Below the pieces are notes generated by a model. The model had not been told where the DNA came from. It searched no databases and saw nothing but the letters and a program-made list of their open reading frames with translations. Positions 63,633 through 64,000 of a stretch of DNA of 64,000 nt are shown here, piece after piece. The DNA comes from Campylobacterales bacterium (GTDB lineage: Bacteria; Campylobacterota; Campylobacteria; Campylobacterales; Sulfurimonadaceae): positions 22,484-86,483 of the forward strand of contig JBBRBK010000004.1 of NCBI GenBank assembly GCA_038205935.1, given 5' to 3'. The translations under genes were made by a program, and so were the position numbers. The number at the start of each line of letters is the position of its first letter. The first letter of the stretch is position 1.

Positions 63633-64000
63633 CTATACCAAAATAGCTTTTCTCTCACCTTTTTTAATCTCGCCGATATGGTAGCTTCCCTCAGCTTTTG
63701 CAAGAACAGCATCAACATTTTCAGGACGTACGACCAAGATCATACCAACGCCCATATTGAACGCTCTAAACATCTCTTCACGCGCAACGTGCTGAGAAAT
63801 AAGATCAAAAATTGGAAGCGTTCTTATGCTACTCTCTTTAACTTCAGCCATTAAATGTTCAGGAAGTACGCGAGGAAGATTTTCTACGATGCCACCGCCT
63901 GTGATATGCGCAAGTGCAACGATTTTATGTTTAAGTTTTTTGAATGTTTTAACATAGATGTTTGTCGGTGTTAAAAGTGTTTCGATCAAAGCTTTTCCAT
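63633..64000 (-). CDS. purM: Phosphoribosylformylglycinamidine cyclo-ligase, 3' part
   Basis: LLTPTNIY, AHITGGG and FNMGVG motifs; frame open to the window edge. Confidence 0.95.
   Translation of the reverse strand, partial: GKALIETLLTPTNIYVKTFKKLKHKIVALAHITGGGIVENLPRVLPEHLMAEVKESSIRTLPIFDLISQHVAREEMFRAFNMGVGMILVVRPENVDAVLAKAEGSYHIGEIKKGERKAILV

Overview
Chromosomal window from a Campylobacterota (epsilonproteobacterial) genome, most like Sulfurimonas/Sulfuricurvum, judged from gene order and protein content. It holds the S10-spc ribosomal protein cluster to secY (1-9230, minus strand), rnhB, a probable 6S RNA, and a phosphorylase/radical-SAM/SDR triad. A flagellar locus follows: fliD-fliS, pseudaminic-acid genes, an AT-rich glycan-tailoring island, maf and an 800-aa repeat-containing flagellin. 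The rest is housekeeping genes: topA, bioB, msrA, panE, sqr-like, metH, gltX, accBC, a cold-shock gene, tRNA-Val, nifS-nifU, dinB and purM. The most striking unexplained signal is sub-genic. The palindrome TACATGTA, usually (C)TTACATGTAA(G), occurs at least 27 times by eye, against about 2 expected from base composition. It sits in all three reading frames and at gene boundaries, and is missing from ribosomal ORFs and from the AT-rich island. Three further copies of the palindrome are split at the same position (TA^CATGTA) by a related 18-bp hairpin element with no target duplication. Two of these add 6 residues in frame to PseC and PseG. This resembles the cyanobacterial HIP1 palindrome with its small dispersed repeats, but with a different motif in a different phylum. 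All counts were made by eye and no database searches were run.
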